DNA of 64,000 bases from Schizochytrium sp. TIO01 (lineage: Eukaryota; Protista; Bigyra: Labyrinthulomycetes), in the NCBI GenBank assembly GCA_004764695.1, contig SMSO01000035.1, positions 372,001 through 436,000 of the forward strand. The letters are read 5' to 3'. A program made the translations under genes and the position numbers. Positions 1 to 10,789 of the stretch are shown here, one piece after another. The notes below the pieces were generated by a model. It worked only from the letters and a program-made list of their open reading frames with translations, searched no databases and was not told the DNA's origin. Each line of letters starts with the position of its first letter. The first letter of the stretch is position 1.

Positions 1-41
1 ACAAATCTTTTGGATGAGCGATGATTTCACAAATTCATTTG

Positions 42-1493
42 TTAGGTCCAATTGCGATCACTCACCGTCGCCCTAAAAAAATTTAGTGTCAAAAGAATGC
101 TGCACAAAATCAAAAGGCTTTCTTGAAGTGGTAATATTTTTGGTTTGATCACAGCCAGATTTAGCCCCGTTAGTTGGTAAAGGATCCGTCTTTGGCATAG
201 GTCCTGACCGTGTTCTACAAATGCAAGGATCAAGCCACGAATGCAGACCCCTACTGGAGATACACCATAGTTTATAGACATGTAAATTGCTACAAATGTT
301 GCAGCAAATATAACAACTTTTTCTCCAAGGCCTTCATCATGCATGTGTAAAAGAAGGCGCTCAGTAGCAAGGTCTGCTCGGATAACAAGCATTGTCACAA
401 ATGTGGTTCTCGGTACTGGACCTTCCTGTCGAGATTTTAACTTCTTCTGCATATATAATGTAGCTTTAATATTTGCATATGTACCCAAAAGCTCCGTAAG
501 AGATGTAATGAATATTGAGAGAGCAAATGCATAAGGTGATTGTAGAAATAGAATTGCAGTCTGTCCCGAAAAGTAGAATGCAATCTTGACAAGAAGAGTA
601 TATCCGGACATGATCGTTCGACGAGATCCGTTTGGAAACATCCATAGCAACACAAAACTAACGACATCTGCGACTAAGAATCTTCCTACGAGGATGCAGA
701 TAATAGGGTATAGGATTCCTGTAATGATCATCTCCATGAGCCAATCTGTAATGTGTGATACGACATAACCATATTGAAAAATCACAAATACAGATGACCA
801 GCCGACCACACCCATCAGCAAAGAAGTTAGTATTGTTGGTTTTGAACACGCCCTTCCTCCCTCGATTATTTGTGCAATGAAACTCTGAAGAAAAGCGCTA
901 ATTCCAAATATGAGACAAAGAATGAAAAGAGACATTTGATCATTCCATGGGAAACCTTGTTGTACACAGACCATCAACAGGCTTGCAGTGCAAGCTGACT
1001 TCCCCAAGACAATGAGCGCAATGCTAAAGGGATGAAGCTCAAAATTGAGATAGGTCAGAACAATAAACACAGTGAAGTAAACGTCGCCCATAACAAAGTA
1101 TACCATTAAAGGGGACGCCGGAGAGTCATCTTTCAAGAATGGATCAATATAATATGTAAATGCATCATTCAGACCTATGCTTACCACGAGCATCAAGATA
1201 AGGGGCACAAGCTTGAAAGTCCAGGTGAAGATGTGAATAATATCTTGTAGTAGCGTAGGTGTGGCTTTCGCATCGTTATGCAGCTCCAAAATACTTGGCG
1301 TACGAAATTGTCTGCCATTTATAAATGTTGGTGTAAAGTCACTTCCTATTTGACTCTTGTCTGGTTCAGATTCGGTGCTTCTCTGAATGTTGCTTTGCTG
1401 ACTTTCAAAGCTCTGCTCCCTTTCGCAAAGCTGTAGACTCTCGCAACATGATTCAGGTGCAGGGGTAACACGAGCTGTTCCTTTTCCAGACAT
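42..1493 (-). CDS. Multipass membrane protein of unknown family (paralog A)
   Basis: Long uninterrupted ORF. The ORF-track start is a TTG; the first ATG is at 1493 (MSGKG...). Many hydrophobic TM-like segments. Alignable by eye with the neighbouring gene at 2983-4332 (QQGFPWN, TGILYPIICILVGRFLVAD, RADLATERLLLHMHDEGLGEK). Confidence 0.8.
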   Translation of the reverse strand: MSGKGTARVTPAPESCCESLQLCEREQSFESQQSNIQRSTESEPDKSQIGSDFTPTFINGRQFRTPSILELHNDAKATPTLLQDIIHIFTWTFKLVPLILMLVVSIGLNDAFTYYIDPFLKDDSPASPLMVYFVMGDVYFTVFIVLTYLNFELHPFSIALIVLGKSACTASLLMVCVQQGFPWNDQMSLFILCLIFGISAFLQSFIAQIIEGGRACSKPTILTSLLMGVVGWSSVFVIFQYGYVVSHITDWLMEMIITGILYPIICILVGRFLVADVVSFVLLWMFPNGSRRTIMSGYTLLVKIAFYFSGQTAILFLQSPYAFALSIFITSLTELLGTYANIKATLYMQKKLKSRQEGPVPRTTFVTMLVIRADLATERLLLHMHDEGLGEKVVIFAATFVAIYMSINYGVSPVGVCIRGLILAFVEHGQDLCQRRILYQLTGLNLAVIKPKILPLQESLLILCSILLTLNFFRATVSDRNWT

Positions 1494-2982
1494 AGTGCCA
1501 TGAGCGCTACACTGAGTTGCAAACAAGCATTTTCGAAATGTATATTAGCCTTGGACGTTATTTCTGAAGGCTTACTTTACACCGTCATGATGAAGGCTAC
1601 AAGTTATACGAGTCACAAAAGACACTGTGAGAGAAGAGGGAAATCGTACTTCTTTGTATAACATCATAAGACTACTTATCAATCCTTCTGGTTCCCAACT
1701 ATATCTGATATTTAAAGTGCGTAGTCGCTACAGCTATGGCTATTACGGTAATCATGAGCTTAAATGTACTACGATGAATATCCGTTGAAATCTTGCATAA
1801 AAATCTTCTCCGGCAAGCCTCCCACACATGCTAACATATAAGCCTCACTTTGATTTCCGTGCTTCCGATGGAGGTTCAAATACACTTTCACATAATCACA
1901 ACACAAAACGTTTTAAAAGATGCGTTTCAGAATCCGTGCCGGACCAAAGGAGTCCTTCAAGTTGCGCGCTGTTTTGAAATCACTCCCGACATGCAAAGAG
2001 AACATAGCCAGACAACGCTACTACTCGCACCAGAGGCGATGTACTACTGGTATACTGGTGGAGGACAAGTAGAGACCGGGCTGGTGCAACAAACGTGGAG
2101 TTGTTCGTTGAGGAGTAACGTAACGGCGGTCCATATCTTACAAATTAACTATTCAGTCACCCTACTACCCAGAAAGACAATTTGTAAACCTTCTGTTGTT
2201 GTGAATTTGAGGTATATGGCCCCGTGCCACGATGGTGATGTGAGAATTAGAATGTAAGAAGAGTGGGGAGATACTTATTATTATTATACCTTTTAAACTT
2301 TTAAGTTCAATTTCGGTTTTAAAAAAAAAAAAAAAAAAAACTGAAATAAAGCAGGGTTTAATTATTTTTTAAAATCAACTCTCCTTTCAATCGAGAGTAA
2401 GATTTATTTCTAATCTTGTGCTTGCCAGTTGCGAGGTACTCTGATCCCCAGAATTAAGAGGGATCTTCAAATTTCAGGGTTCCGAAACATGTAGCTCTAA
2501 GGCTTGCATTTTGCATTTGTTTTGCGCTTCTTTTTTTTTTTTTCATTTTTTAAAATCAAAAAGTAACCCTACGATGTCAGAAAATTAGGTGGGAGTTTGA
2601 CCATCAATCTTAGAGATTGAGCTCGTGCACATATTAGAGCCGATCTTTGCCTCACCAACATGCTCGTTACGCTGTGGACGGATATATCAAATTGTGTTGC
2701 TCTCTTCAGCCCCCTTGCGCTTGCGCAACGTGTTATTAGTAAAGACAATATATAGTCGTTAAGGCAGGGGCTAACATAAAAAAAAAAAAGAGGAAAAAAC
2801 AAAAACAAAAAACAAGGACGAGAGAGAAATTAGATATTTTACATAGAAGAATGAAGATAACAAGCATCTAGATGAGATCTTTCTGATCGCAGATAAATCA
2901 TCATATATGACAAAACCTAAATCTCGATACATCATTGTACCTTATTCTATTGTACATGATTTTACAGTTCGCTACTTTAATC

Positions 2983-4332
2983 TTATTGCGAAGCCCAAAA
3001 GAAGTTGAACGTCATTAGAATAAGACAGATATTGTTCATATTTTCGCGTAAAGATAGAAAGTGTGGCTTTATACCAACAACACTGAGACCAGATGCCAAA
3101 AGCAGTACGCGCCGTTGCAGCATATCCTGAACAAACTCTGCAAGTATAAGCACAAGGCCACGTATGGCGAACTCCTCAACAGAGATTGCAGTGTTTGCTC
3201 CACTTATTCCTGAGCTAATCGCCAATGTAATTGCAGAAAAAATGACCAACTTTTCTCCAATCGATTCATCGTGCGTGTGTAATACCAAACGCTCACTTGC
3301 GAGTGACGCTCTTACAGCGAACCACTGCTCAATCACGAATTCGCTTTCTTTGTCAAAATCATTTTTCTCAGCTTTTGCCTGTATCCACTTCGTTGCTAGA
3401 ACATTGATGTAGGTACCAGCAAGCTCGGATACTGTTGTGACTGCTACAGACAGACCGAACGAGTAAGACGATGATACAAACATAATCGCAATTTGCCCTG
3501 ATAAAGAGAATGCGATTTTGACGAGAATGGAGTAGTAACTCATAACAGCTTTGCACGATCCCTGTGGGAATGCCCAAAGTAGCATGAAGCTGTAGAAATC
3601 AGCAACAAGTAGCCGACCAACACATATTGAAATAATGGGATAGGCAAGCCCTGTTACTAACCATTCCACAATCCAATTATTTAGGTTGGAAGAGAGACAG
3701 CCATACTCAAAAATAACAATAATGGCAATTCCGGAAACTAGCCAAGTAGTAAGAGAAACAAAAATCGCTCGGAAACTGCATGGATGAGCGACTTGGATCA
3801 TTTGGGCAGTATATACATTCACAGCACCAGAGAATCCAAAGGCAATGCTCAGAAAGGCAAGTGATTTATGGAGGTCCCAAGGGAAACCTTGCTCAATCAT
3901 CAAGGCGAGGAGCGCTCCGCATGTTACAAACATAGTGGTCAACACGATTAGTATATGTACCCATTTCATGTTAAATCCTCGGTAAATATTTGTTGCAGAA
4001 ACTGAAAAGCATGCAAATCCAATGATTGGATTGATAATCATACGGTAGGTGTCATCCATTGATTTAACGAGGTAGGCGGCAAACCACCTGTTGAGGATAA
4101 TCGCTATAATTACAAAAAGTATTGATGGCCAGAGTTTCACTTCCCAGCGAAGAATATGAAGGGCGTCATCTTTCCATGTCACACAATTTGGAATATTTTC
4201 ACCTAGCTCGACGAAGCTTGCTGATCGGAAAGTTCGCCCAAGACTTACAGTTGAAAGTCGGGCGACCTCTTTCAGAGCTATATCATTGTCCTCTTCATCA
4301 GCAGGCACAATCCGGATGCCTCGGGTAGACAT
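2983..4332 (-). CDS. Multipass membrane protein of unknown family (paralog B)
   Basis: 449-aa ATG-initiated ORF with many TM-like segments. Shares motifs with paralog A (EQGFPWD, TGLAYPIISICVGRLLVAD, RASLASERLVLHTHDESIGEK). Confidence 0.82.
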   Translation of the reverse strand: MSTRGIRIVPADEEDNDIALKEVARLSTVSLGRTFRSASFVELGENIPNCVTWKDDALHILRWEVKLWPSILFVIIAIILNRWFAAYLVKSMDDTYRMIINPIIGFACFSVSATNIYRGFNMKWVHILIVLTTMFVTCGALLALMIEQGFPWDLHKSLAFLSIAFGFSGAVNVYTAQMIQVAHPCSFRAIFVSLTTWLVSGIAIIVIFEYGCLSSNLNNWIVEWLVTGLAYPIISICVGRLLVADFYSFMLLWAFPQGSCKAVMSYYSILVKIAFSLSGQIAIMFVSSSYSFGLSVAVTTVSELAGTYINVLATKWIQAKAEKNDFDKESEFVIEQWFAVRASLASERLVLHTHDESIGEKLVIFSAITLAISSGISGANTAISVEEFAIRGLVLILAEFVQDMLQRRVLLLASGLSVVGIKPHFLSLRENMNNICLILMTFNFFWASQ

Positions 4333-5713
4333 GCCCTAATGTGTCTGAGCCACGCGCCCTCAGCTTCTGCATCCGACGTGATGCTGTGTCGTGGACACTC
4401 CCATATCGGTCTGCCGGCGACCGACCTATTTATGCGTTTGCAGCCTCCCTCAAAACCAAGCCTCAATTTAGTCCTTCCCTTCTTTGTTCTGTTGGAAATC
4501 CTTAGTGAAATAATGGAAATTCACATTATAAGTAGAAAGTAAATTCCTGTCTCAACGGTCGGCTGGTCGCTCTTAACAGGATACCATGATGGCAGGTAGC
4601 AGGTTACTACCATGGACAATTGTACTGAGCCTATTAGCTACGCAGTATTTCGGTACTTTGGCTTTCGTGTTTTGGGGTGGTCAGAGTTTTGGTTGACTGA
4701 GGCTAACATTCTATACATTAACTGCCATTGGGCCTGGCCACTCGTAGAAACATCGTTCAGGGTCATAACGCTGTCAGTGTAACGATCAGCTAGCTACGAT
4801 TCAAGTGTTGTTTTCAGATGAACATGAGAACGCAAATACACACCTCTCCACTGCTCCTCCGGATATCTAGCATCAGAGAAGTAGTATTACTACTTCAATT
4901 AATTAGTGATCGTTGTGGCTTGAATTAAAAAAAGATTTTAACCGATCTCCTCACTTATTAGAGTTTAACGCATAAAATTTGCAAAAGGTATTTCTTGTGG
5001 TGACGTGGACTAAGGCACAAGTTAAAAAAATAATGTGATGACAAGAAAGTAGTACGAGTAGGAGAGTAGGAAAGAATAGTGAGCAGTAGCTAAGTGTCGC
5101 TCAGTCAGCGTCAACAGACTGAGCAGGATGCCTCTACCGTCAAAGTTCATTTTATACTGTCATAGTATCTACTTTGAGCTGTTTACTTATACATTCAAGT
5201 AAATACCTTTATTAAGAACTGGTGAACGTTGAAAGAATTAACAAGTGGTTACTTATAGCGGATTTATAGAATAAGATAATGATAATAAATAGAAAACTCA
5301 CAAACTTACTGACAGTGTGTATCAATTTATAGAACACTTGAGCTGGCATAGTAAATAGTAATGATGACGATGATCAGCATCATGTATTCGAGTTCAAGAT
5401 ACAACATAGAGAATCAGGTTTGTAGACCCGCCCTTGCGCCTTGCAGAGCTCGAGGAATTCGAGGAGTCAGACAATCACTTTTCGAATGCAGATATAGTAG
5501 GCACTACCGTAGAACTTCGAGGTTTTAAGCCGCCACCTGAGCGGCGGCTACAAACCTGGCTAGCCAGGCTCTGGTTTTTGTTTTGTAGTCGTCCAGAATT
5601 ACTTATCTGATATAACCTGTTGCATTCTAAAAAATCCTGGCTGAATATAACATTAACATTTTAGAAGGCGCATAGGACGAAAGGAAACAAAATACATTCA
5701 ATTTTTGGCAATC

Positions 5714-8101
5714 ATGTTAAACGTTGCAGCATCAAAATCTCGTCATAACCAGAACAATGATGACCAGCGTAAGCGTGATGCTCATAGCAATAAACTTGCT
5801 GTGAGAGCCCATTCATCGAACAATGCCGGACCTCAACCCCAAACAAATATTCTTGCGCTTCAGCAAAACCTGGACAGGCAAACGCATAGCTTTTCAATAC
5901 CCAAAGAATCTACTCAAAATGATGGGACTCAATCCTTAGGCTTACTTAATACAGTCAAGCCATCTTCGGCAACCTTAAAGTTAGCAATGATGCGCGATGA
6001 TGCGCACGAATCAAACCGAGAAGATCCTAACGCCATGATTGGTCATGGACTTGCGTTTCATGAACAAGCGATGCTTCGGGATGATAACATCTGGCTAGCT
6101 GCGTACCAGCAACATGCACAATTTCGGGGAGAAGACGACTCAGCACAAACACCTGAGGAGGAGGAGGATATCAGTAGTATTGGAAGTATTGGAACAGACC
6201 TAACATCTAGAGATCAAAGTCCAGTGAATCACAAACCAGATGAAGATGATATGCTTGACCGTGAGCAAAGAATCTCGCAAACCTTAACAAAAAGTTCAAA
6301 TAAGTCCAGACATACCCACCACAAAACGCCTGACTATCCAGGACAAGGTGGCCATTTAAGTCCATCAACATCGGAAACCACATTAAAGTCTGGTAATGTA
6401 ATCAAGGAAGGTCTTGAACTTCTATTTTTAATGGTATGGCACTTTACTATATATCCACACTGGAAACTCTATCGAGCTTGGGAGATCCTCGTGGTAATTC
6501 TCGTAGTTTTTAACAGTGTTATGCTACCGTATGAATTAGCGTTTTGGGCAGATATCGAAACGTCGGAGATTATTGAATCGATTAATAGAATTTCCGATGT
6601 GCTCTTTTGGTTGGATCTCGTGCAAAATTTCTTCCTTGCACATGTCGACGAATGGGGGACTTTGCACACACAGAAAGGTGAGATTGCTAGAGCTTACTTT
6701 GCGTCTTGGTTCTGGGTCGACTTCATCGCATGTGTGCCATTTGAGCTTTTTGTTCCTGGCTACCTAGTTTCGGCTTCCGATTTACTAAAGTGCATAAGGT
6801 TGCTGAGACTAGCCAAAATCTTGCGGTTCATGGATCGTTTCAAATTTGCAAAGGTAGCACGTATTTTTCGATTATTCCTTACCGTTCTTATGCTTTGTCA
6901 TTGGGTTGCTTGTATATGGTTCCGTCTTGGAGTCACGATGCTTGACTCTGGGGAGTGTTCTCTTGACTCTATTGGGAGCTCATCAGAAGACAGCTCTCCT
7001 CAGAAGGCGCAAATTTCTCCAATTTTAAAGCTACAATCATGCTCTTGGCTTATCGAGCATGGGTTTGCGGATGCAGAAATTCCATTACACTCTATATATC
7101 TTCGATCCTTGTATTGGTCTATCACAACTATCATGACCGTTGGATATGGAGACATTATCCCTGTGAATTTAAGGGAGCACGTGTTTTATATTTTCGTTAC
7201 AATCGTTGGAGCTGGTGTATACGCCAATGTATTTTCCACCATTGTTCGGATTATCGACCGCATGAACGCAGTAAACAATGAATTTGCTGCAATTATGGAG
7301 GACATGAATGCACAAATGAGGTATCTTCGATTTCCATTCGAGCTACGAAATAAAATTTTCTCATACTATGATCATCTTTTCCAAAAGCAGAAGTATATGC
7401 TTTCTGGGAAAGCGCCCTTCTACAGGTCACTCTCAAGATCAATTGCATCAACCTGCGCAGAACATCTATTCTTCAGAAATGTCGAGAATGCCGCTTTTTT
7501 GCAAGACTGCTCAACCCCTTTTCTATTGGAGATATGTGCAGCTCTAAATCGTATGGTATGCGTTCCTCAACAGCTGATTATACGTCAGGGCGATGCATCT
7601 GATGCATGGTTTTTAATAGACAACGGAGAATGCGAAGTACTACAAAGGCCTGAATGTAGTGGTGAGGATAGCGAGGCACAGGTCCTTCGCACTCTTGGCA
7701 AAGGCGATCAATTCGGGGAGATAGGACTGCTCACAGGGAAGTATCGTACAGCCACTGTACGTGCAACTGATTTTTGTGAGCTCAACTATCTTACCGTAAC
7801 ATCATTCTACCGTCTACTAGGACGATACCAGCAGGATAATAAACGGATTCTTCATAATTGTGTAAATATGCTTCGGAAAGCAAAATTGAATGACTTGCCA
7901 TCCAAACAGACCAAGGCTGAAGCATCCTCCTCAATTTGGCTGCATAGCTCTAAAACCAACAATCATTATCCATTTTCAGCAGAGCCTGACCTATCAGCAG
8001 CAAAGACAGAACTTACTGTTGCTTCTCTTTCAGATGATGAACAAGAAGAGGAAAACCCAAGGTTTCAGAACTCGCATCTCTTACCAAATAGTGTCTGGTA
8101 G
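5714..8101 (+). CDS. Cyclic-nucleotide-binding-domain K+ channel (EAG/ERG/HCN/CNG superfamily, 6TM)
   Basis: S3 WFWVDFIACVPFE, S4 KCIRLLRLAKILR, pore helix and filter YWSITTIMTVGYGD (filter ~7136-7153), C-linker, and CNBD with FGEIGLL...RTATVRA. First ATG at 5714 (the track start is a TTG). Confidence 0.93.
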   Translation: MLNVAASKSRHNQNNDDQRKRDAHSNKLAVRAHSSNNAGPQPQTNILALQQNLDRQTHSFSIPKESTQNDGTQSLGLLNTVKPSSATLKLAMMRDDAHESNREDPNAMIGHGLAFHEQAMLRDDNIWLAAYQQHAQFRGEDDSAQTPEEEEDISSIGSIGTDLTSRDQSPVNHKPDEDDMLDREQRISQTLTKSSNKSRHTHHKTPDYPGQGGHLSPSTSETTLKSGNVIKEGLELLFLMVWHFTIYPHWKLYRAWEILVVILVVFNSVMLPYELAFWADIETSEIIESINRISDVLFWLDLVQNFFLAHVDEWGTLHTQKGEIARAYFASWFWVDFIACVPFELFVPGYLVSASDLLKCIRLLRLAKILRFMDRFKFAKVARIFRLFLTVLMLCHWVACIWFRLGVTMLDSGECSLDSIGSSSEDSSPQKAQISPILKLQSCSWLIEHGFADAEIPLHSIYLRSLYWSITTIMTVGYGDIIPVNLREHVFYIFVTIVGAGVYANVFSTIVRIIDRMNAVNNEFAAIMEDMNAQMRYLRFPFELRNKIFSYYDHLFQKQKYMLSGKAPFYRSLSRSIASTCAEHLFFRNVENAAFLQDCSTPFLLEICAALNRMVCVPQQLIIRQGDASDAWFLIDNGECEVLQRPECSGEDSEAQVLRTLGKGDQFGEIGLLTGKYRTATVRATDFCELNYLTVTSFYRLLGRYQQDNKRILHNCVNMLRKAKLNDLPSKQTKAEASSSIWLHSSKTNNHYPFSAEPDLSAAKTELTVASLSDDEQEEENPRFQNSHLLPNSVW

Positions 8102-8717
8102 TATAGTCATAGCCTGCGTACTATAGGAGGAACATTTTCTATAAACCATATGAATGATTCTCTTTTCTCTTAAAACTAGGGATCGCAATACCAGATCATC
8201 AGATAGATGTCTGTTGATAACAATAAATAGGTTACCTTGATTTAAAAAGAGAATCGCATAATATATGGAAATTACTGGAATATTTATAGTAACTATATTA
8301 ATTTTTTAAAATTTGGGTTGGAAAATTTCTGTATTCATGTTTACTATGAGGGTTGAGTCCATTATTCTGCAAGGTGACGAGAGAATGCAACAAAGGGAGA
8401 TCAGCATACCCTCGTAGAGTTTTGGGGACTCGCTGATGTTTGAGTGCCTACCATAACTATTAAAAAGGATAAGGCAGACCATGCTGTATTGTTTTGTGGC
8501 ATAGACGAAGGCAGCAAAACAAGACCTCGCGAAGTCTGACAGAGGATAGAGTGTTTTGACAATTTCACCAAGGTCAGCTGTATTCTATGACCCATTTTAA
8601 AAATTGACTGACACCTATAATGAAACATAGTTCAAACTGAATACGTTTGCAGGAAGTGCATTTCTCATGAGCGCATGCCGCACTTACAAAATCTTCCAAT
8701 CGATGAATGTTTTATGA

Positions 8718-10319
8718 TCAGTGAGCTTCTTCCATATGTTTGTGAAGCTTTAGCTTAGTTCGAAAACTCTGCGCGCATTCGGAGCACGCAAAACCATTGG
8801 AAGTATGCTGGTGTGCCAGCGTGTGTGATTTCAGTAGATCTGGGTCTGAAAAGGTTTCACCACACCCAGGAACCGTGCAGGTAAATTTAGTGTCGGGATG
8901 CTTCCGTTCGTGAGCACGGAGGTTCGACGGATGAGCAAAACGACGATCACACATGGAGCACTTGAGAGGGCGCTCACCAGTATGCACGCGGATGTGAACC
9001 ACAACTTCGCTGCGCTTTCTGAATCCCTTTTCACAGGCGTCACACATGAATCGGATAGCTTTCTTTTTACCTGGGGTTTCCAAAGGACGATATACATTAA
9101 TACCACTAATCGTTTCGAGAAACTCACCTCGGGTGAGCGGGGGACCTGTAGCAGCACGCATCCGCTTTGGGGTAGTAGAGGTTGACTCTGTCTGTTGATG
9201 ATCTTCTTGTTGTTGCTGCTGCAGATGCTGCTGCTGATGATTTGATGGATTTTCTGCTTTTACTGAGGAGGGATTATATACATTATCGGTGACAGGCATC
9301 GACTCTTGCTTTTTATTATGAGTTTGCTGCTGAGCTTGCTCGCTTGCGGTACGGGGATTTGCAGAGAGGTACCGTGGCGTATCGCTGCATGCTGACATGC
9401 TGGACCGCAAGGCTTGCGAAGGTGACATTGTCTGCTGATTTCCACTCGTGTAGAGATTTCCATTAGCATCCTTGTTATTATGACTGTTGTTATTATTGCA
9501 GCTGCTACTACTATTGTTGCTATATACATAGTTGGGTGCTTGTGAAGACATCTGCTGCTGAGGTTGTGTAAAGTTATCTAGCTCGTGGCCTGCCGACGCA
9601 GATGGACCGTAAGAACTTCTTCTCGGTTCGGTGCCTGGTTCAGGAAGGTGTTGTTCGGGATCTGTGGCCTCATTAGCTTGTTCACGAGGCTGGTGATGTT
9701 GATGTTGTTGATGTGGATTGTAGAAGGAATTTGATGGCACGTACGGAGATGGCGAATATGGTGTGTCAAGTGGCTCTGTGTGCTGTTGTTTTTCCGTCTT
9801 TGGACAGTGCATTTTAATATATCCTGGTGCTGGGGATGGGTAAATAAATGAAGACGACGACGACGATGATGAAGTAGTTGTCGTCAGGGGCTGAAATGAT
9901 CCAGAGAAAGAAGTCTGACTGTTAAGAGAATGTGTAGGCATTAACATTGACGTTTCACCAAGAGCGTAGTCTACAAAATCACGAATCTTGTAAACCATGT
10001 ACGGTCTCATGGTACTCGTGTCAAATTCCCACTGTGCATTCTCATAGCGCAAGGAATCAGGGTCTTCGCGCGAGATAAGTTGCTTCAGTTCCATCAGCTT
10101 TTCGCCCGAGAGTCGCGTGATGCGCTGGCAAAGCTGCTCTTGCTCCGGGATACTCATGATGGGATCTTCAGCATCCACCATCAGAAGGTCTTCGTCAGTC
10201 CTATGAAAGTCCTCAGGCAAAAGGTCTGAACAGTCGAGCATATTATTGTACTTAGGTTCGTCCACCGCCCAATCGAGCGGCATGATATTGAATTGCTGCT
10301 CTGGTCTGCGGACCACCAT
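8718..10319 (-). CDS. C2H2 zinc-finger protein (4 C-terminal fingers) with N-terminal ET (extra-terminal)-like domain
   Basis: Four C2H2 fingers including a canonical HTGERP linker (~8721-9050) and a Q/N/S-rich middle. The segment MSIPEQEQLCQRITRLSGEKL...WEFDTSTMRPYMVYKIRDFV resembles BET ET domains. First ATG at 10319 (the track start is a GTG). Confidence 0.88.
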   Translation of the reverse strand: MVVRRPEQQFNIMPLDWAVDEPKYNNMLDCSDLLPEDFHRTDEDLLMVDAEDPIMSIPEQEQLCQRITRLSGEKLMELKQLISREDPDSLRYENAQWEFDTSTMRPYMVYKIRDFVDYALGETSMLMPTHSLNSQTSFSGSFQPLTTTTSSSSSSSSFIYPSPAPGYIKMHCPKTEKQQHTEPLDTPYSPSPYVPSNSFYNPHQQHQHHQPREQANEATDPEQHLPEPGTEPRRSSYGPSASAGHELDNFTQPQQQMSSQAPNYVYSNNSSSSCNNNNSHNNKDANGNLYTSGNQQTMSPSQALRSSMSACSDTPRYLSANPRTASEQAQQQTHNKKQESMPVTDNVYNPSSVKAENPSNHQQQHLQQQQQEDHQQTESTSTTPKRMRAATGPPLTRGEFLETISGINVYRPLETPGKKKAIRFMCDACEKGFRKRSEVVVHIRVHTGERPLKCSMCDRRFAHPSNLRAHERKHPDTKFTCTVPGCGETFSDPDLLKSHTLAHQHTSNGFACSECAQSFRTKLKLHKHMEEAH

Positions 10320-10753
10320 TCCCCTCCCAGAACTTTCTCCGCTCAATCTTCCACCACAATCACCACTTCCTCGTAAACTTTCCACTGACGTTTTCTCCAG
10401 TTCTTCGAACGAGCGTCGCCGGTTCCTCCGCACAAGGCCGACCGACGCTTCTCCTTATCCCCTTGTACTGACTGACTGACTGAGTGAGTGAGTGACGCTC
10501 GCTTCGCCAAGAGAAAAGAAAAGGCCAAGCCAAACCGATCTGCAGCCAAATCAATCTGCTGCTGCCTCTGCCTCTGCGTGTGTGTTTGTGTGCTTGCCAC
10601 GGAATCCGCCTGAGCTCGCTCCACCAGCGTAAACTCTTTGCTCTCTGTCCCTCCAGCCCTGCCGCCTCTCCTCGCGATGGCTTGCTTTCAGGCTCAGTTC
10701 TTCTAGCTGCTTCGAGTTCTGGTTTTGCTTTCCCTCGGCGTCTCTTTTATTTG

Positions 10754-10789
10754 TCTTCTTCTTCTTCTTCTTCTTCTTCTTCTTCTTCT
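10754..10789. repeat. (CTT)n microsatellite upstream of the ET-zinc-finger gene
   Basis: Perfect TCT/CTT run read directly from the sequence. Confidence 0.9.

Noticed and set aside
1850-2257. 135-aa plus-strand ORF between the membrane paralogs
   Set aside because: Non-ATG start, no motif, and it lies in the presumed promoter/terminator spacer.
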